49,914 nt of DNA from an uncultured bacterium (GTDB lineage Bacteria > Patescibacteriota > Minisyncoccia > Phycocordibacterales > UBA2163): the NCBI GenBank assembly GCA_913041175.1, contig CAJWGW010000001.1, positions 1 through 49,914 on the forward strand. The letters run 5' to 3'. The position numbers were made by a program, and so were the translations under genes. The notes beneath the pieces were generated by a model. It saw only the letters and a program-made list of their open reading frames with translations, ran no database searches and was not told the origin of the DNA. Shown piece after piece: positions 25,653 through 35,268 of this stretch (position 1 is the first letter of the stretch; every line of letters begins with the position of its first letter).

Positions 25653-25916
25653 ATGTTCAACATCAGCAATTTCTTAGAGAAGTTTAAGAACATTACTCCA
25701 CCAGACAAATTCGTCAAAGATGTGCTTATTGGTGTCGTCAAAGAGGTGGCAAATATTGATATTGAAAAAGAAAATTTAGATGTCAGAAACGAAACTATCT
25801 TTATTACCATTGACCCGATTATAAAAAACGAAATTTTCTTAAGAAAAAGCGATATTATGCAAAATCTCACAGAGAAACTCAAAAAATATAAAAAGACGAT
25901 AAAAGAGATTCGTTAA
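25653..25916 (+). CDS. small protein, possibly DUF721/DciA-like
   Basis: 87-aa ORF near dnaN. Its hydrophobic periodicity (VKDVLIGVVKEV...LDVRNETIFITIDPIIKNEIFLRKSDIMQNL) resembles DUF721 members. Assignment is from memory only. Confidence 0.4.
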   Translation: MFNISNFLEKFKNITPPDKFVKDVLIGVVKEVANIDIEKENLDVRNETIFITIDPIIKNEIFLRKSDIMQNLTEKLKKYKKTIKEIR

Positions 25917-28432
25917 ATACTCACGTTAAACACTGTTTCTGCTTCACCTTTATTTTTCACAGCATCATAACCGATAATTTTTAATCTGTTTTGTACTTCA
26001 AGCACATCCAAGTCATTCGGAGTAAATGACAAAGAGAACGGCGCCCTTTTAGATGAACCGATGAATATATCATTTACGAATATATCAACTTCAGTCAAGG
26101 GGTACTTTCCACTTGTGTCTATATTGACTGTGATTTTGCTATTCCTACTGTACTGTGTGGCTGAAGACGGGCTTTTAATTGTTATTTTAGGCGCAAACTC
26201 TGGCTTATGAACATCGTCAATTTCCCTCGGAATATCAGCAATACTTGTTGAGGCAAAACCGTTTTCTTCTCTCCACTTATCTACAGAGTATTCCCAAAAT
26301 CTAAACTGTGGATTATTCTCCGGCTTCTCCGGAACCTGCCCGTTCGGGTTTTCTTTGTCCACCCAGTAGAGTATTGAGTGTATATCCGTAAGCACTTTGT
26401 TTTCTTTTGTCTCCTCTGGTGTAAATTCTGTTGCAAGTTTTCCTGAAATCGTATCAACAGAATACTCAACCCCTCCCTGCCACACACCTTTCAAAATTGG
26501 TTTTAGTTTTGATTCATCTATTTCAGCAGGTTTTTTAAATTTCTCCTCGTCAATTGCCACAAGAGCTTCTTGCATAAACGCATTCCACATCGGAGCGACT
26601 ATAAAACCGGCAACTCTCTTCTCCATTGAAGTATTGTCGTTGTTTCCCGCCCATGTACCGACTGAGATGTTCGGTGTGTAACCTATAATCCACGCATCAC
26701 GATAATCATTTGTAGTACCGGTCTTTACAGCTACGTCTCTTCCACCAAAGTATAAGTAAGAGCCTCTTCCAAAAGCTGGCACGCGTGCTTCCTCATCACT
26801 TAAGATGTCTGATATCGTAAGGGCGATGTTCTCCGGAAGCACACGCTCGTTTCTTTGGCTAAACTCTTCAATAACATTTCCATTACCATCTTCAATCTTC
26901 AAAATCCCGACTGGCTCGTTTCTAACACCTTTATTTGAAAAGACTCCATATGCGCTTGTCATATCAAGAAGTGACACTTCACCACCTCCAAGCACAAGAG
27001 TAAGTCCGTAGCGGTTTACATCAGTCAAACTTTTAATACCCATATCTTTTGCTGTGCGAAGTGAATCGCGAAGTCCTGCAAGGTAAAGCACTTTGACTGC
27101 CGGCACGTTCACAGATTGCGCAAGTGCGTTTCTAAATGTAATAGGTCCACTAAACACCCCATCATAATTAACCGGCGAATAACAATCTTCCTTTCCTTCT
27201 ACATCTTCAGTGTCCAGATCATCCGGCTCGCATGTTGTTTGGAATTGAGTTTTCAAGTTAAACACAGTTGTTTCTGGTGTATACCCTTTATTAAACGCAG
27301 TTGCATAAACAAATGGCTTAAATGCTGAGCCTGGTTGGCGATTCGGATTAATAGCGACATTGAAGTTTCCGTCTATATCCTCGTCAAAGTAGTCGCGCGA
27401 GCCGACCATCACAAGTATTTGTCCGGTCTTTGGATCAACCGCAACGAGCCCTGCGTTTTTTGCATTAAACTTCTCTTCATTTTCGTGGGCAAACTTGAAT
27501 ATTATCTCTTCTGCTTTTTTCTGAAGCTCAAAATCAAGAGTCGTAATGATTTTATATCCTTTCTCCTCTACTGCGCGCTTGCCATATTTGCTCTCCATAT
27601 ATTCTCGTATAAAAAATACAAAATGAGGAGCGTTTATTCCTGTGTCGCGCTGTGGTTTGAACTCAACAATCTCTTGTGAAGCTAAAAGATGTTCCTCATC
27701 TGTTATAAATCCGTTCTGGAGCATTCTATCTAATACAAGGTTCTTCCTTATCTCAAGTTTATCCGTATTATTTCCGTACGGGGAATAAAAAGTTGGAGCC
27801 TGCGGAAGTGCTGCCAAGTATGCGGACTCGGCAAGTGTGAGGTCAGACGCGCTTTTTGCAAAAAACATTCCACTTGCTTCTTCTATACCGTAAATATTTC
27901 CACCATAAGGCGATTCATTTAAATACAGTTCCAAAATTTCTTCTTTGGAGAGTACTTTCTCAACCTTAAGCGCTAAAATCCACTCTTTAAGTTTTCTTGA
28001 AATCTTTTTCTCTGATGTGAGTATAGAGTTTTTTACAACTTGCTGGGTTATAGTTGACCCTCCTTGTCCGTAGTATCCACTTCGAAGTCCTAAGTTCACA
28101 AGTACTGCTCGCAAAATAGCTCTTGGCTCGATACCGTTGTGATTGTAGAACTCTGCGTCTTCTATTGCAACCGCCGCGTTTTTAATATGCCGCGATACAC
28201 CAGAGAGTGGCATTACAGTTCTCTGAATGTTTTCATGAATGTCGTAGAGAAGTATTTCTCCAGTTCGGTCGTAGATTTTTGTGGACTGGCGGACTTTGCG
28301 TTTTTCAAAGGAGTCAAGCTCGGGGATTGAGAGCGAGGAGCCCCATAGAATAAACCCCCCTGCCAAAAATAGCCCAGCTATCACAACAAGCTTTATAACT
28401 GTACCCAATTTAATTCTTTTTATTCTCGACAT
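25913..28432 (-). CDS. bifunctional class A penicillin-binding protein (PBP1A type)
   Basis: GT51 motifs EDAEFYNHNGI and GGSTITQQVVKN. Transpeptidase motifs SAFKPF (SxxK), SVN and KTGTT. Extra C-terminal beta-rich domain. Confidence 0.93.
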   Translation of the reverse strand: MSRIKRIKLGTVIKLVVIAGLFLAGGFILWGSSLSIPELDSFEKRKVRQSTKIYDRTGEILLYDIHENIQRTVMPLSGVSRHIKNAAVAIEDAEFYNHNGIEPRAILRAVLVNLGLRSGYYGQGGSTITQQVVKNSILTSEKKISRKLKEWILALKVEKVLSKEEILELYLNESPYGGNIYGIEEASGMFFAKSASDLTLAESAYLAALPQAPTFYSPYGNNTDKLEIRKNLVLDRMLQNGFITDEEHLLASQEIVEFKPQRDTGINAPHFVFFIREYMESKYGKRAVEEKGYKIITTLDFELQKKAEEIIFKFAHENEEKFNAKNAGLVAVDPKTGQILVMVGSRDYFDEDIDGNFNVAINPNRQPGSAFKPFVYATAFNKGYTPETTVFNLKTQFQTTCEPDDLDTEDVEGKEDCYSPVNYDGVFSGPITFRNALAQSVNVPAVKVLYLAGLRDSLRTAKDMGIKSLTDVNRYGLTLVLGGGEVSLLDMTSAYGVFSNKGVRNEPVGILKIEDGNGNVIEEFSQRNERVLPENIALTISDILSDEEARVPAFGRGSYLYFGGRDVAVKTGTTNDYRDAWIIGYTPNISVGTWAGNNDNTSMEKRVAGFIVAPMWNAFMQEALVAIDEEKFKKPAEIDESKLKPILKGVWQGGVEYSVDTISGKLATEFTPEETKENKVLTDIHSILYWVDKENPNGQVPEKPENNPQFRFWEYSVDKWREENGFASTSIADIPREIDDVHKPEFAPKITIKSPSSATQYSRNSKITVNIDTSGKYPLTEVDIFVNDIFIGSSKRAPFSLSFTPNDLDVLEVQNRLKIIGYDAVKNKGEAETVFNVSI

Positions 28433-28476
28433 AATTTATTCCATAATAGCACAACATTTGTGTTAAAATACACTAT

Positions 28477-29697
28477 ATGTTTTGGAATTCAAAAAACGAT
28501 ACTAAAACCTCAAACCCAGAGAGTATAAATGATTTTCTTGACAAAGGTGTTGAGAATATTTATCCGAGCCGAGAGTTTGTAGAAAGTAAACTAAAAAGTG
28601 GTGAGAAACTCACAATGTATCTTGGGATTGATCCAACAGGCCCCACGCTCCACTTAGGACACGCTATTGTCCTAAAAAAACTCCGTGAGTTCCAAGAACT
28701 TGGGCACAAAGTAATTTTGTTAATTGGGGATTTTACGGCAATGGTGGGAGACCCGACAGACAAAACAGCAATGCGCAAAAAACTCTCAAGGCAGGAAGCG
28801 CTTGAGAACGCAAAACTATATAAAAAGCAGGCGTCTATATTTTTAAATTTTAGCGGAGAGAATTACGCTGAAATAAAACATAATTCCGAATGGTTATCTA
28901 AAATGACATTTGAAGAAGTTCTTGATCTTGCATCAAATATGACAGTAGAGCAGATGTTGAAGCGTGACATGTTTGAAGAACGAAAAAAACAAGACAAACC
29001 GATTTATATACACGAGTTTCTCTACCCTCTTATGCAAGGATATGACTCGGTCATGATGGAAGTAGATGGCGAAATAGGCGGGAACGACCAGACATTTAAT
29101 ATGCTTGCTGGCAGAACTCTAATGAAACAGATGCTCGGTAAGGAAAAATTTGTAATAACAACAAAACTCCTTGAAGACAATCTGGGTGCCAAGATGGGTA
29201 AAACAGAAGGTAATATGATAAAACTTACTGACAGCGCAAACGAGATGTTTGGGAAAGTGATGAGTTGGACTGACAAGATGACAACCCCCGGATTTGAGCT
29301 CGCGACAAATGTACCAAGTAATGAAACCGCTCAAATTAAAACAGAGCTTGAAAGTGGTGCAAATCCGAAAGATATTAAGGCGAGATTAGCAGGGGAGATA
29401 GTGTCTATTTATCATGGAAAGAATTCAGCGCAAAAAGCAAAAGAGAATTTTGAAAATACATTTGCTAGTGGTGGAGTATCTGAAGATGCTCAGGAAGTAA
29501 CTGTCGCAAAAGGCACACCGCTTTACGATGTTGTTTCAGGACTTGTTGAATCAAAAACAGAATTAAGAAGATTAGTTGAAAGTGGGGCGGTGTCTGAAAT
29601 GGATGGTAATAAAATAACTGACATAAATTTCAAAATAGGGAAAGACACTACACTCAAAATAGGCAAACGCAGATTTCTAAAAATAAAAGTTAAGTAA
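28477..29697 (+). CDS. tyrS: tyrosine--tRNA ligase
   Basis: GIDPTGPTLHLGH (HIGH), GDFTAMVGDPTDK, KMGKT (KMSKS variant) and a C-terminal S4-like domain (ELRRLVESGAV). Confidence 0.9.
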   Translation: MFWNSKNDTKTSNPESINDFLDKGVENIYPSREFVESKLKSGEKLTMYLGIDPTGPTLHLGHAIVLKKLREFQELGHKVILLIGDFTAMVGDPTDKTAMRKKLSRQEALENAKLYKKQASIFLNFSGENYAEIKHNSEWLSKMTFEEVLDLASNMTVEQMLKRDMFEERKKQDKPIYIHEFLYPLMQGYDSVMMEVDGEIGGNDQTFNMLAGRTLMKQMLGKEKFVITTKLLEDNLGAKMGKTEGNMIKLTDSANEMFGKVMSWTDKMTTPGFELATNVPSNETAQIKTELESGANPKDIKARLAGEIVSIYHGKNSAQKAKENFENTFASGGVSEDAQEVTVAKGTPLYDVVSGLVESKTELRRLVESGAVSEMDGNKITDINFKIGKDTTLKIGKRRFLKIKVK

Positions 29698-30169
29698 GAT
29701 TTCTCTCTGATGCAAAGCAGGTGAGCCCAATAGCGATAGCGTCATACTCGTCGTCGTTATTTATTTCCTTTTCTATTTGTATTAAGTTTTTTACCATCGC
29801 GATGATTTGGTCTTTGTTGCCGTGTCCGTCTCCACAGACGGCTGATTTTATCTGAAGTGGTGTGTATTCATATACAGTAAGTTTATTTTTAAGTGCGATG
29901 TAGATGAGTGCTCCGCGTACCTCAGAAACATTCATTGCGGTTTTCTGATTAGTATTGAAAAAAAGTTTTTCAATAGCAAAAGCTTTTGGTTTATGTTTTT
30001 TTATAATTTTCTCAACTTCTTTTCCAATTAGCTCAAGCCTTTCTGTAAAGGGAAGTTTAGGTGATGTTTTAAAGCAGTCAGAGTAAATAAGTTTCTCCTC
30101 ATCACTGGTTTTTTCTATAACAGCAATCCCAACTCGCTCATACCCCGGATCTATAGATAAAATTCTCAT
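29690..30169 (-). CDS. ruvC: crossover junction endodeoxyribonuclease RuvC
   Basis: MRILSIDPGYERVGIAVIE, with later catalytic acidic residues (FAIEKLFF, DDEYDAIAIG). Confidence 0.9.
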   Translation of the reverse strand: MRILSIDPGYERVGIAVIEKTSDEEKLIYSDCFKTSPKLPFTERLELIGKEVEKIIKKHKPKAFAIEKLFFNTNQKTAMNVSEVRGALIYIALKNKLTVYEYTPLQIKSAVCGDGHGNKDQIIAMVKNLIQIEKEINNDDEYDAIAIGLTCFASERNLT

Positions 30170-30171
30170 AT

Positions 30172-30699
30172 TTATACATTTGTATATACTCCCTGCACAT
30201 CATCATGCTCTTCTAACTCTTCAATTAACTCTTCAAGTTTTTCAAGGTCCTCAGTAGATATTTTATGAGGTGTTTTTGCTTGCCACTCTCCATCTACTTT
30301 TTCAAATGCCCAAGTGACAGAGTGAGGAGTTGCAAGATGGAGACCTCTTCTTGTAAGTATGTGTTTTATTTCTGGTGCTGTGCGTTTGTTGTTATCTGTT
30401 AGCCCTTCTATTATTATCGCAGACCCTCCAGGGCCATACGTTTCATAAAGTAAATGTTCCATATCAGCACTTGTGTCAGTCTTTCCTTTAGCTATTGCAC
30501 GCTCTATGTTGTTCGAGGGCATATTCTCCGCCTTTGCCTTTTCAATTGCCGTGCGAAGGCCAGGAGAGTCAACATTACCCCCTGCTTTTTTTGACTCAAC
30601 TTGAATAAGCTTCACAAACTTTGAAAACACTTTGCTTTTCTTAGCATCAGTGAGTGCTTTCTTGTGTTTTATTTTTGACCATTTATTATGACCTGACAT
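30172..30699 (-). CDS. yebC: YebC/PmpR family transcriptional regulator (compact form)
   Basis: MSGHNKWSKIKHKK, NMPSNNIERAIAKG, YETYGPGGSAIIIEGLTDNNKRT, HDDVQGVYTN. At 175 aa it is about 60 aa shorter than typical members. Confidence 0.85.
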   Translation of the reverse strand: MSGHNKWSKIKHKKALTDAKKSKVFSKFVKLIQVESKKAGGNVDSPGLRTAIEKAKAENMPSNNIERAIAKGKTDTSADMEHLLYETYGPGGSAIIIEGLTDNNKRTAPEIKHILTRRGLHLATPHSVTWAFEKVDGEWQAKTPHKISTEDLEKLEELIEELEEHDDVQGVYTNV

Positions 30700-30702
30700 A
30701 GT

Positions 30703-31740
30703 TTATAACAATTTCTCCTGCATATTCTCCGGTACCTCATATCCCAAATGTTTGTATGCGTGCTCTGTAGCAATACGTCCGCGTGGAGTTCTCTGAAGTA
30801 ACCCGAGCTGTATAAGGTATGGCTCGTTAACTTCTTCAATAGTTGCCGTCTCTTCCGATGTTGCGGCGGAAAGAGTGGAAAGCCCGACAGGCTCTCCGCC
30901 AAATTTGATTATTATTGTCTCAAGAATCTTTTTATCAGATGCGTTTAGTCCCAATTCATCAATCTCAAGTAGTTCTAACGCCTTGTTTACCTGCTCTTTT
31001 GAGAGAGTTTTTCTGTTTACTTGTGCAAAATCGCGACATCGCTTCAATAAATAATTTGCAACTCTAGGTGTGAAACGACTACGCTTTGAAATCTCAGTAA
31101 TTGCCACATCACCCACCTCAACCCCCAGAATTTTAGAGGAGCGTTTCAGTATTTCCTCTATCTCGTTTTGGTTATAGAAGTTAAGGCGAAATGTTCCACC
31201 AGAGAATCTTGAACGAAGAGGCGATGAGAGAAGTGCAATACGTGTTGTTGCGGCAATGAGTGTAAATGCCGGAAGTTCAAGTTGGATAGTGCGCGCAGAA
31301 GGACCCTTCCCTATTATTATATCTATCACTCCAGATTCCATTGCAGGATAAAGCACTTCCTCAATCGTTTTGTTGAGACGATGAACTTCATCAATAAACA
31401 ATATATCTCCTTCACCAAGGTTTGTAAGGATTGCGGCGAGGTCTCCAACCTTCTCAATAGCAGGACCGGAGGTTACACGCACTTGAGCGGTAAGTTCTTT
31501 TGAAATCAGGTGCGCAAGAGTGGTTTTTCCAAGCCCTGGCGGACCATAAAACAATATATGCTCCGGTGGGTGATTACGCTCTTTAGCCGCAGTTAAGAGA
31601 ATCCTTAAGTTTTCTTTCACATTTACTTGCCCAACATACTCATCCCAGCTTTTTGGACGCAAAGTATTATCAAGAGAAGCTTTAAGGCCATTTTCAGGTG
31701 CTTTTACCTCAGTTTCTTTTTTGGTTTTTGGGCTTGACAT
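30703..31740 (-). CDS. ruvB: Holliday junction branch migration ATPase RuvB
   Basis: LRPKSWDEYVGQ, GPPGLGKTTLA, LFIDEVHRL, TRIALLSSPLRSRF, RTPRGR. Confidence 0.95.
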   Translation of the reverse strand: MSSPKTKKETEVKAPENGLKASLDNTLRPKSWDEYVGQVNVKENLRILLTAAKERNHPPEHILFYGPPGLGKTTLAHLISKELTAQVRVTSGPAIEKVGDLAAILTNLGEGDILFIDEVHRLNKTIEEVLYPAMESGVIDIIIGKGPSARTIQLELPAFTLIAATTRIALLSSPLRSRFSGGTFRLNFYNQNEIEEILKRSSKILGVEVGDVAITEISKRSRFTPRVANYLLKRCRDFAQVNRKTLSKEQVNKALELLEIDELGLNASDKKILETIIIKFGGEPVGLSTLSAATSEETATIEEVNEPYLIQLGLLQRTPRGRIATEHAYKHLGYEVPENMQEKLL

Positions 31741-31778
31741 AAGCTATTTTTTATGCTACATTATATACATTCAAGAGC

Positions 31779-31910
31779 ATGAATCTCTAAGCAACCCGAT
31801 GCCCTTATTAAGGACGTTTTGGTACCACTTCGGTGGGTTCGCTCGAGCTATCCTCAAATGAGGCGCTCAACTTTTAGTATCACTATTAAAAGCATTGCTT
31901 AGAGATTCAT
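31779..31910. ncRNA. candidate 132-nt structured element or MITE-like inverted-repeat unit, family unknown
   Basis: Perfect 16-bp terminal inverted repeat ATGAATCTCTAAGCAA / TTGCTTAGAGATTCAT. It encloses about 100 nt with four local hairpins, including a C(UUCG)G tetraloop hairpin and a 9-bp CTTTTAGTA/TATTAAAAG hairpin. Confidence 0.35.
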
Positions 31911-31932
31911 ATTCTGGAATTTAAAAAGAACT

Positions 31933-33648
31933 TTACAACTCTACAACTCTCCGCAGTTCATCAAACGAAGTCATACCTTTCAATACCTTCAATATTCCGT
32001 CTTGCTTTATTGTAAGCAATCCTTGACTTATTGATGCATCACTTATCTCTCTTTCACTTGCACTTTTCTTTACTAACGCTTCTATACTTTCATCCATTAT
32101 TATTGCTTCAAATATTCCAATCCTCCCTTTATACCCTGTGCCGTTGCATTCACTACAGCCTTTCGCTTCCCACATTTTGAGAGCATCTCCCTGAATATTT
32201 TTCTTATCAACAATTGAGCTCAAAATATCATCAATTATTTTTTTCTTATCTGCATCGGGACTTATCTCACTCTTACATGCCTCACAGAGCTTTCTTACAA
32301 GTCTTTGGGCGAGGGTAATGTTTATTGCAGAGCTTATGACTTTAGGGTTCACTCCCAAATCAACAAGACGGGGGAATGAACCTGCTGCATTGTTTGTATG
32401 AAGTGTTGAGAAAACCAAGTGTCCGGTGAGCGCTGCGTTTATCGCGGTTGACGCTACGTCCTCGTCTCTTATTTCCCCGACCATTATAATGTCGGGGTCC
32501 TGTCGAAGCGCGGAGCGCAATCCATTTCCAAAAGTATATTTTTTCTCATCAACTTGTGTTTGAACAATCCCTGTAAGGTGGTATTCAATAGGGTCTTCAA
32601 TAGTTATTATTTTTTTCTCAGGTGTTTGTATTTTTCTTAAAAACCCATAAAGTGTCGTTGTCTTTCCAGAGCCGGTAGGACCAGTAGTCAATATCATCCC
32701 ATTTGGCTTTTTTATTTCTTTTTCAAGAACATTGAAAAGTTTTTTCTCAATACCAAGTTCCTCCATCCCAAGTGCTATTGTCTTAGGATTAAGAATCCTA
32801 AGTACAATTGACTCCCCATAAGCACCGGGGAGCATTGATGTTCTTATCTCAACATCATTCTCATCAATACGCACAGAAAACCTTCCGTCTTGCGCTTTAT
32901 CTTTAATATTTATTTTAAGTCCTGAAGTGAGCTTTATCCTTGAGAGCAAAAGATCATAAGTTGCAGTGTCAAACTCTGTGATGTCAATAAGCACCCCATC
33001 AAGACGATAACGCAAACGTACTGATTTTTCTCCTGGCTCAATATGTACATCCGATGCTTCAGAGGAGAGCCCACCTGCAAGCATTACTTCAAGTATTCGG
33101 GAGATTTTGTGAGATTTCGTCATTCCAAGTGTTTCCGTAATAAGTTTTTTTATATCATCTATGGTTTTTAATCCACTTAAGATATTTCTTATTTCATCTC
33201 CAGATATATCAAGAACACCTGATTTTGTTTCTGTTGCAAATGATATATCAGCGTAACGCTTAATAGCACGATCCAAACTTACCGATGATGCCATGAAAAC
33301 TGTCGTCTTATAACCTCTTTCTTCAAGATCTTTCAATGTTTCTTTTACCTTTTCGTTATTTGGAGAGCGTACAGCGATAGAGATTTTTTTGCCGATTTTG
33401 TTGAATACGGCAATTTCTGCAACCTCTGCTACTTCTTTGCTTATAAGCTGAAGAGCGTCTGTGTTTATAGGCACACGAGAAAGGTCAATGTACTGCAGGC
33501 CATACTTGTTTGAGAGAATACTTGCCAATTCCTCTTCCTCTTTCTTGTGAAGCTCCTCTATCTTCTTATTTACCTTTGTTTCGTCAAACGTTACCATTTC
33601 TTTCATAGTAGCGTCTTTTTCAGTGGGCGACAATGTTGCTTTATGCAT
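31933..33648 (-). CDS. pilB: type IV pilus / type II secretion ATPase (PilB/GspE family)
   Basis: Walker A GPTGSGKTTT, Asp box, Walker B IIMVGEIRD, His box and tetracysteine CEACK...CSECNGTGYKGR. The start is uncertain (33648, 33606 or the ORF limit 33717). Confidence 0.9.
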   Translation of the reverse strand: MHKATLSPTEKDATMKEMVTFDETKVNKKIEELHKKEEEELASILSNKYGLQYIDLSRVPINTDALQLISKEVAEVAEIAVFNKIGKKISIAVRSPNNEKVKETLKDLEERGYKTTVFMASSVSLDRAIKRYADISFATETKSGVLDISGDEIRNILSGLKTIDDIKKLITETLGMTKSHKISRILEVMLAGGLSSEASDVHIEPGEKSVRLRYRLDGVLIDITEFDTATYDLLLSRIKLTSGLKINIKDKAQDGRFSVRIDENDVEIRTSMLPGAYGESIVLRILNPKTIALGMEELGIEKKLFNVLEKEIKKPNGMILTTGPTGSGKTTTLYGFLRKIQTPEKKIITIEDPIEYHLTGIVQTQVDEKKYTFGNGLRSALRQDPDIIMVGEIRDEDVASTAINAALTGHLVFSTLHTNNAAGSFPRLVDLGVNPKVISSAINITLAQRLVRKLCEACKSEISPDADKKKIIDDILSSIVDKKNIQGDALKMWEAKGCSECNGTGYKGRIGIFEAIIMDESIEALVKKSASEREISDASISQGLLTIKQDGILKVLKGMTSFDELRRVVEL

Positions 33649-33727
33649 AAATCGTGTGGTTATCCTTATAAACAAAACAATAGGTCTAGATATTTTTATA
33701 GCTAGACCGTATGGCACACTAATTATT

Positions 33728-34144
33728 TTATTCTAAAGAAAGTATTTTATTTTCAACTAAATCTTCATCTTCTTTGAGAAACTCTTCCAACTCCTTCTCA
33801 ATATCAGTTTGAATCTTCTCAATACTCTTCTCTTTTCTATTACTGCCACTGGCGATTTTACCAAAACCATCTACTATTTTTATTGTCATTTTAAGTGGAG
33901 AGATTACAACCCCACCAAAAAAACCCAATAAACCATATTTTTTTGCCCCCTTTGCTGGAGTTGTAACTATTTCTGTCCAACCGAACAACACATCCACAAC
34001 ACCTTCAATTCTATTTTCAATAGAACTCTTTTTTTGTTTCTGAATATTAATATTTATTTTATCTGAAGCTTGAGTTGTGTATGAAAATACTGTAAAAATG
34101 AAAATAATAAATATGTAATACAAAGCTCGTTTCATTGTTCTCAC
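33728..34144 (-). CDS. small secreted protein, divergent paralog of the next gene (GWTE motif)
   Basis: Signal peptide, then GVVDVLFGWTEIVTTPAKGAKKYGLLGFFGG...IVDGFGKI and an acidic C-terminal tail. Confidence 0.6.
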   Translation of the reverse strand: MRTMKRALYYIFIIFIFTVFSYTTQASDKININIQKQKKSSIENRIEGVVDVLFGWTEIVTTPAKGAKKYGLLGFFGGVVISPLKMTIKIVDGFGKIASGSNRKEKSIEKIQTDIEKELEEFLKEDEDLVENKILSLE

Positions 34145-34282
34145 CCCCTTCCTTCTAGATTTTAAAAAGATCTCTTTATCTTAATTTAAATAATATCATT
34201 TTTTTTTAAAATATAAAATAAGCCCAATCCATAAAGATTAGGCTTATGAGTGCTCAAACTGTTTGTTTTAAAATAATTTTTA

Positions 34283-34603
34283 CTATAAATCTTCTCCCGG
34301 CCAGCTGTCCACAATGTTCTTCTCTTTGAAAAATGTTACGAAATCAATAGCACCTATACCTGTACGTACGGCCGCTTTTGCCGCTCCAACACCAACATTA
34401 ATCGGAAACAACACTTTGCCGGCCCATCCGGGTTTTGCTGCTTGTTGCATCGGGTAAATTGCCGTTTCCGTCCAGCCAGCGACTACGCCAACCGACGATT
34501 TTGCTAAATTATCTTTAGGGTCCGCAGAAGCTATCTGCTGCATACTTGTAAGACCAACAATAAATACTGATAATATTGCTACAAATAGGATTTTTTTGAA
34601 CAT
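34283..34603 (-). CDS. small secreted protein resembling the exosortase-associated TIGR04073 family
   Basis: Signal peptide, then SVGVVAGWTETAIYP...VGVGAAKAAVRTGIGAIDFVTFF. This matches my recollection of the TIGR04073 pattern (G-W-x-E-x-P ... R-T-G-x-G-x-x-E/D-x-x-T-F). Confidence 0.5.
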   Translation of the reverse strand: MFKKILFVAILSVFIVGLTSMQQIASADPKDNLAKSSVGVVAGWTETAIYPMQQAAKPGWAGKVLFPINVGVGAAKAAVRTGIGAIDFVTFFKEKNIVDSWPGEDL

Positions 34604-34705
34604 AACATTTGCCTCCTTTTTTATAACAAATTCCGAAAATCTAAAAAGAGCACTCCATAATTAGAATATGTTGATTCAGTCAAGAAGTCAATAATACGGT
34701 ATATA

Positions 34706-34733
34706 TTGACAAAATTGATAGATATGATATAAT
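34706..34733 (+). promoter_or_regulatory. candidate sigma70-type promoter for the lipoprotein gene
   Basis: TTGACA (34706-34711), 16-nt spacer, TATAAT (34728-34733). Confidence 0.5.
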
Positions 34734-34784
34734 GAACATAGACTTGAAACCTTATTTACACTTTATCTTTCTTTAAAGGAGGAC

Positions 34785-35198
34785 GTGATGAAAGTTAAAT
34801 TTTTAGTTTTAGTTTTGTCAATGCTTTTAGTAGTTGTGTTCGGGATGAGTGGGTGTGTATATAATCCATCAAGTACGAGCACAGTAAGTTATTCATGGCC
34901 CGTAAGACCTTTTATTTATCCATACACAGAAGTTACTGTAAGTAACAATATGGAAGATGCTTACGTGGACATCAACTCCAGTGTAAGCAAAAGGTCAAAT
35001 TTAGGCCCAGGGGATTATCACACTTTTGTTTTTCCTGGGAGCTCAACTCGTAGAGTTGAGTATTCTGTAATTATTACAATCAAAAGAAAAGGAAAAGCGC
35101 CAAAGTCATACACGGAGAGAGTTCGAGTATCTAGGCGCGACAATGATGTAATTTCTTTTGAAGTAAGAGATTATGGAAGAATAAGGAAAAGAGGATAA
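34785..35198 (+). CDS. putative lipoprotein
   Basis: Strong SD (AAGGAGGA), signal peptide ending in the lipobox-like GMSGC, and a 137-aa basic C-terminus. Confidence 0.65.
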   Translation: MMKVKFLVLVLSMLLVVVFGMSGCVYNPSSTSTVSYSWPVRPFIYPYTEVTVSNNMEDAYVDINSSVSKRSNLGPGDYHTFVFPGSSTRRVEYSVIITIKRKGKAPKSYTERVRVSRRDNDVISFEVRDYGRIRKRG

Positions 35199-35268
35199 AA
35201 AAGAGAATGATGTACAAAAGGGGAGAGTCCAAAAAGACCTCCCCTTTTTTTATGTTAAAATTGTATTT

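Noticed and set aside
31779-31910. SRP (4.5S) RNA, 6S RNA, tmRNA or RNase P RNA identity for the structured elements at 31779-31910, 24884-24974 and 16116-16220
   Set aside because: None contains the signature motifs I can recall: the SRP GGAA tetraloop with the flanking AGCA side, the tmRNA tRNA-like ends, or the RNase P GAGGAAAGUCC. They are therefore left as unknown-family candidates.
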